Source: Nitrospira sp.
Lineage (GTDB): Bacteria > Nitrospirota > Nitrospiria > Nitrospirales > Nitrospiraceae
DNA length: 64,000 bases
Assembly: GCA_047150005.1 (NCBI GenBank)
Contig: AP038806.1
Coordinates: 3,328,001-3,392,000, forward strand
Reading direction: 5' to 3'
Under the pieces are notes generated by a model. The model saw only the letters and a program-made list of their open reading frames with translations, searched no databases and was not told where the DNA came from. The position numbers and the translations under genes are program-made. Positions 61,301-64,000 of the stretch are shown piece by piece (positions within the stretch are counted from its first letter, which is position 1; the number at the start of each line of letters is the position of its first letter).

Positions 61301-62468
61301 CCTGAGCGGAGAGGAAACCATCGGACCGGTACTCGTCTCTCGAAAAGACGGAGGCCCTGCCGAAGCCACCGTTCGACTCGAGCAGGACGTCGGCTGGCAC
61401 GATATGACGCTGACCGTCTCCAAGGTGACGCTAACGGCCGATCGACCTCACGGCACGACCGATCATGCGGCAGCGAGCGGTCGCTTCAGCTTTGGGACAC
61501 GATTAGGCGCCGAATTCGAGGGAAAGGTGGCTTCCTTGGATGCGGCATGGTATGCGGCGCTGCTCTCGAAACAGTCGGCCGCATCGCGCTCCGCGGCTCA
61601 AGCCGAAGGAGGGGCGGTCTCGAAGCCTCCCGGCAAACAGTCCGATGCGCAGGTCCTGATCACGCACCTCGACGGCGTGCTCTCGATCGGCACTGTTTCC
61701 TACGGCGGTCTGATGATGGGTCCCGGCCGGTTGACCGTGCGAGGAACAGAAGACCGGATCGATCTGGCGGTCGAACCGACCGGCCTCGCCGACGGACAGG
61801 TCGAGGGGACGATGGCGTTGACTGACCGGCAGGGGAGGGGACGTCTTGAGTGGACCGGCAAGGGCGAGAGCTTGAACATCGAGACGATTCTGAGCGCGAT
61901 CGAACCGGGCGAGACGGCGCGCATGACCGGGGTCGGATCCTTTCAAACCTCGGGCAATGCTGTCCCGGGTGGGGCGCTGCCCGAGGAACAGACGAAGGGA
62001 TCGCTCGACTTCACGATTACAGGGGGACAATTCACTCGAATCCCGCTTGCGAATTTTCTCGCAAGGGAAACCCATATCGAAGAATTCAACCGGATGGGAT
62101 TTTCCGAATTCCGGGGGGAGGTGCGCTGGGAGACGGGCGAGATTCACATGAATCGGATTGTCGCGACCGGGTCTGTCTCCTCACTTGAGGGAAGCGGAAA
62201 ACTTGGGTCGGACGGCGCGCTCGACGGGCTGGTCTTCGTGAAAATCGGTCCCTCGTTCAGACGCAATATCAAGATTCCCTGCATGTCGGCCATTCTGCTC
62301 CTGCCCGACGGCTTTGCCGCGTTGCCGTTCGCGGTGCGCATCAGCGGCACGGCAAAGGTGCCGGTGTATCGGGTCGATCCGTCTCCCTGGGGTCAGGCGA
62401 AGGGTACGATCACCGATTTTGCGGGAAAAATGAAGAATCTGGTCATGGGATGCCGCGAGTCTTCCTAA
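58383..62468 (+). CDS. AsmA-like bridge protein (start uncertain, 58308-58383)
   Basis: N-terminal membrane anchor, long beta-rich body, C-terminal LPFAVRISGTAKVP. Confidence 0.7.
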   Translation: MTGARSTRRYPNLRSIGYVLFGSGLCLILFVLYLQTTHAFTHVIVPLVDSLLPGDLHAENGSLTLPAAVDVTGLSYQEPDIGLALNVGRLHLSLSAMRSLRERLLFIDDVMIDHAEIGIAVTQKDSGAAADASSSDIPLRWVVRRGHMNEGTLFVKTDHKDVAVTDVQGTVEDIGSGRSGTIDGQGEVAVLQQTSGSRWAGRMVVTGSVRQDPNGRRIEWDAANEVIVRESPPSASGMLSGILSFDQRVTGSYDLMDAALQAEVVVTARLGQRRLVDASVTLRRTGAGEGAETDLGVRIHEVTEHALNLLMDEQQAFRLRASHVGGYIDVHAVGSRYAVRSVLAGEKLQVMVDRTVTPPLDIDLAQTGTFDSESRDLMLEIFDMHVADQRKIWLTGELTRTLTFKLGAGHAEREDLEPSNPSQTDWAIKVNDLSVTDLRRWFDAFRWKGLDGLRAGRVGGVMTASGRSSGKAVDLSLRLSVSDLVMDAEGAELGPPVTFEHVARGTLTDFTQLRISSFVTTASVSGERSKGTLECAGTINLSDPATDLDLRGSLVLNDLHAGALNPLLARWTMAGFNHGHFNGTAQASMTGAWFKWEIDLRGRQIGLHLPKKPRPTLPVDVVVRQAGHVDRTGRVLQIDKAVLQTVQQSRPILTAVLDHPIHVALSRTERSRATAREDGPLATLGIEIHQLDIEQLKPRLEFLKLAVLEQITSGFVNARLTIRWWGDTEPLTIGGNLDLERVTVDAHVARISKPLTLRNRIEVTVTDSSLVELTTWNLRALDGAVAIAEARVSGTTDLAEGTMDLSTRFSTGNVTQFLIRIGLLDKPTLTLMAGGVVTAEVRASSQVGGSPLSLRIGIRSRNLRLKPLPKHVMTYDVDVRGTVEVNGPRTAVTLDPLALTLTHAAKEAGTITVWGHWPIVASESEATARIVVKNLDCGPGLDLYGALPGRHAGRFPLNADLRAALDMRKGNVTLSGEETIGPVLVSRKDGGPAEATVRLEQDVGWHDMTLTVSKVTLTADRPHGTTDHAAASGRFSFGTRLGAEFEGKVASLDAAWYAALLSKQSAASRSAAQAEGGAVSKPPGKQSDAQVLITHLDGVLSIGTVSYGGLMMGPGRLTVRGTEDRIDLAVEPTGLADGQVEGTMALTDRQGRGRLEWTGKGESLNIETILSAIEPGETARMTGVGSFQTSGNAVPGGALPEEQTKGSLDFTITGGQFTRIPLANFLARETHIEEFNRMGFSEFRGEVRWETGEIHMNRIVATGSVSSLEGSGKLGSDGALDGLVFVKIGPSFRRNIKIPCMSAILLLPDGFAALPFAVRISGTAKVPVYRVDPSPWGQAKGTITDFAGKMKNLVMGCRESS

Positions 62469-62523
62469 TTTACGGCGCTGGGTTGGGGACTGGCTCCTGC
62501 CGTAGCCTGGCGAAGGCGGGCCC

Positions 62524-62539
62524 CTGTCAATTTTGACAG
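62524..62539 (+). promoter_or_regulatory. CTGTCA-N4-TGACAG motif, copy 4
   Basis: CTGTCAATTTTGACAG, 23 nt upstream of TAAGAGT (62563). Confidence 0.6.
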
Positions 62540-62683
62540 TTCCTGGGGCTTGGTCAAAGTGATAAGAGTGTGATAAGAAAGTGCCTCGTTCAACGTGATG
62601 CCGGCCCGATGACGTACGGAAATCGACGTGCTGTTCGTTCCGGCCCATCGTTCCTTAACTCCCATTTCAGAAAGGATTCGCTC

Positions 62684-63160
62684 ATGTACAAGGTGATGTC
62701 GGTTGTGTTGGCTGGAGCCATGTTGATGGCCGTTCCAGTGTTCGCGGCGGAGGGGCAATCGGATACGAACATGGAGATCTTGAAGCAGAAGCTCAAGGCG
62801 GACAAGAAACTGTTGGTCGCGAGCAACATGGAGCTCACAGATGCGGAAGCCAAGCAGTTCTGGCCCATCTATGAGGCGTATCAGAAAGATTTGGAGGGTG
62901 TAAACCAGCAGCTCGGCAAGACCGTCATGGAGTATGCCGATGCCTTCAACAAAGGGTCGATCTCGAACGATACCGCCAAGAAGTTGCTCGGCGAGGCGCT
63001 GTCGGTCGAGGAACAGGAAACCAAGTTGAAGCGCTCGTATGCGGAAAAGCTGGAGAAGGTTCTTCCGACCACAAAGGTCGCCCGCTACATCCAGATGGAG
63101 ACCAAGATCCGCTCGCTGATCAAGTTCGAGATGGCCCAACAGATTCCGCTGGTGTACTAG
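62684..63160 (+). CDS. Helical periplasmic hypothetical protein, paralog of 40728..41213
   Basis: Signal peptide; KADKKLLVASNMELTDAEAKQFWPIY...QIPLVY. Confidence 0.8.
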   Translation: MYKVMSVVLAGAMLMAVPVFAAEGQSDTNMEILKQKLKADKKLLVASNMELTDAEAKQFWPIYEAYQKDLEGVNQQLGKTVMEYADAFNKGSISNDTAKKLLGEALSVEEQETKLKRSYAEKLEKVLPTTKVARYIQMETKIRSLIKFEMAQQIPLVY

Positions 63161-63316
63161 CCCAGATCAAGCGGCAGGGCGTTCGTGCCTCCTTCTCTCC
63201 ACGCAGGGAAGGGGGCACTGTTTTACTGCCGTGGCGGGGCGGAAGATTGACAAGACGATAGGACTGAATATGGATCTACGGTAGGCTCGTCGGCGGCCTT
63301 GACACGAGGAGGAAGC

Positions 63317-64000
63317 ATGCCAGCAGCGGATTCCAACGATGTGGCGATTCTGCAACAGGTGTTTCATCCATCCGATTTTACTCCCGCCAGCGAAACGGCC
63401 TTTGCGCATGCGTTGAAGGCCGCGCTCATCGCCCAAGCCGATCTCACCATCCTGCATGTATCGACGAAGGAAAACTCGGAGTGGACGGAATTCCCCGGTG
63501 TGAGAGCGACGTTGGAACGGTGGGGGCTGCTTCCGAAGAACAGTTCGACATCCGATGTCGCGAAACTCGGCATCGGCGTCAAGAAGATTCAGGCGCGGCA
63601 TGACGACCCCGTGGAGTCGGTGACGTCCTATTTGAAGAGCCACAATGCGGACTTGATCGTTCTGGCCACCGACCAGAGCAAAGAACAGTTTCAGTGGCTC
63701 AGTAAGTCCGTCGCCGAGCCGATCGCGCGGAAGTCACGCCTGATGACCTTGTTTATTCCCAAGGGTCTGAAGGGATTCATCTCGTTGACAGACGGCTCGA
63801 TCTCGTTGAGCAGCATCCTCATTCCCGTCGCGGCCGTTCCGCCCCCGCAGCCGGCTCTCCAGGCTGCCGCGCGCCTGGCGCGCCGAATGAACATTCCGAG
63901 CGGCACATTCAATCTCCTGCATGTGGGAGACAAGGCGAGCCTACCGGCGGTGAATCTTTCCGAGTTGCCTGGGTGGACGTCGAACGTGCTGACCAAACAG
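63317..64000 (+). CDS. Tandem universal stress protein (runs off the window edge)
   Basis: Not in the ORF track; GAGGAGG RBS, MPAADSNDVAILQQVFHPSDFTPASETAFAHAL...ADLIVLAT...KSVAEPIAR, second domain ILIPV. Confidence 0.85.
   Translation, partial: MPAADSNDVAILQQVFHPSDFTPASETAFAHALKAALIAQADLTILHVSTKENSEWTEFPGVRATLERWGLLPKNSSTSDVAKLGIGVKKIQARHDDPVESVTSYLKSHNADLIVLATDQSKEQFQWLSKSVAEPIARKSRLMTLFIPKGLKGFISLTDGSISLSSILIPVAAVPPPQPALQAAARLARRMNIPSGTFNLLHVGDKASLPAVNLSELPGWTSNVLTKQ

Overview
GC-rich bacterial chromosomal window; the gene content and protein styles look Nitrospira-like (inference, not verified). (1) 1-10.4 kb: a divergent oxyanion/molybdate uptake locus with three ModA paralogs, two OprO/OprP-type porins, a DUF2292 protein, an XRE-PBP regulator, Mop, ModB and ModC. 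(2) 10.4-12.6 kb: an intergenic cluster of DnaA-, NrdR- and Fis-like boxes, then an SOS-type cassette. The cassette encodes an XRE-HTH/S24 LexA-like repressor with a perfect palindromic operator, a coiled-coil protein, a 59-aa CxxC/CxxC protein missing from the ORF track, and an inactive RecA/RadA-like protein, but no polymerase. (3) 13.3-13.9 kb: tRNA-Met(CAT), whose 3' trailer holds three tandem covarying hairpins, plus a REP doublet. (4) 14-64 kb: a large accessory region with a PAS/NarL two-component system, sugar catabolism (SemiSWEET, pgm, pgi, gluconolactonase, glucose dehydrogenase, two GH63, GH13, PPi-PFK, xfp, ppk2), an orphan atpG, envelope/lipid genes (SYLF x2, MscS, patatin, FadL, arylsulfatase, AsmA, beta-barrels), scars of a decayed duplication and a Usp gene cut by the window edge. 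A palindrome CTGTCA-N4-TGACAG occurs four times at near-constant spacing from -10-like elements, suggesting a local regulon. All calls come from reading the sequence by eye; no database searches were run.
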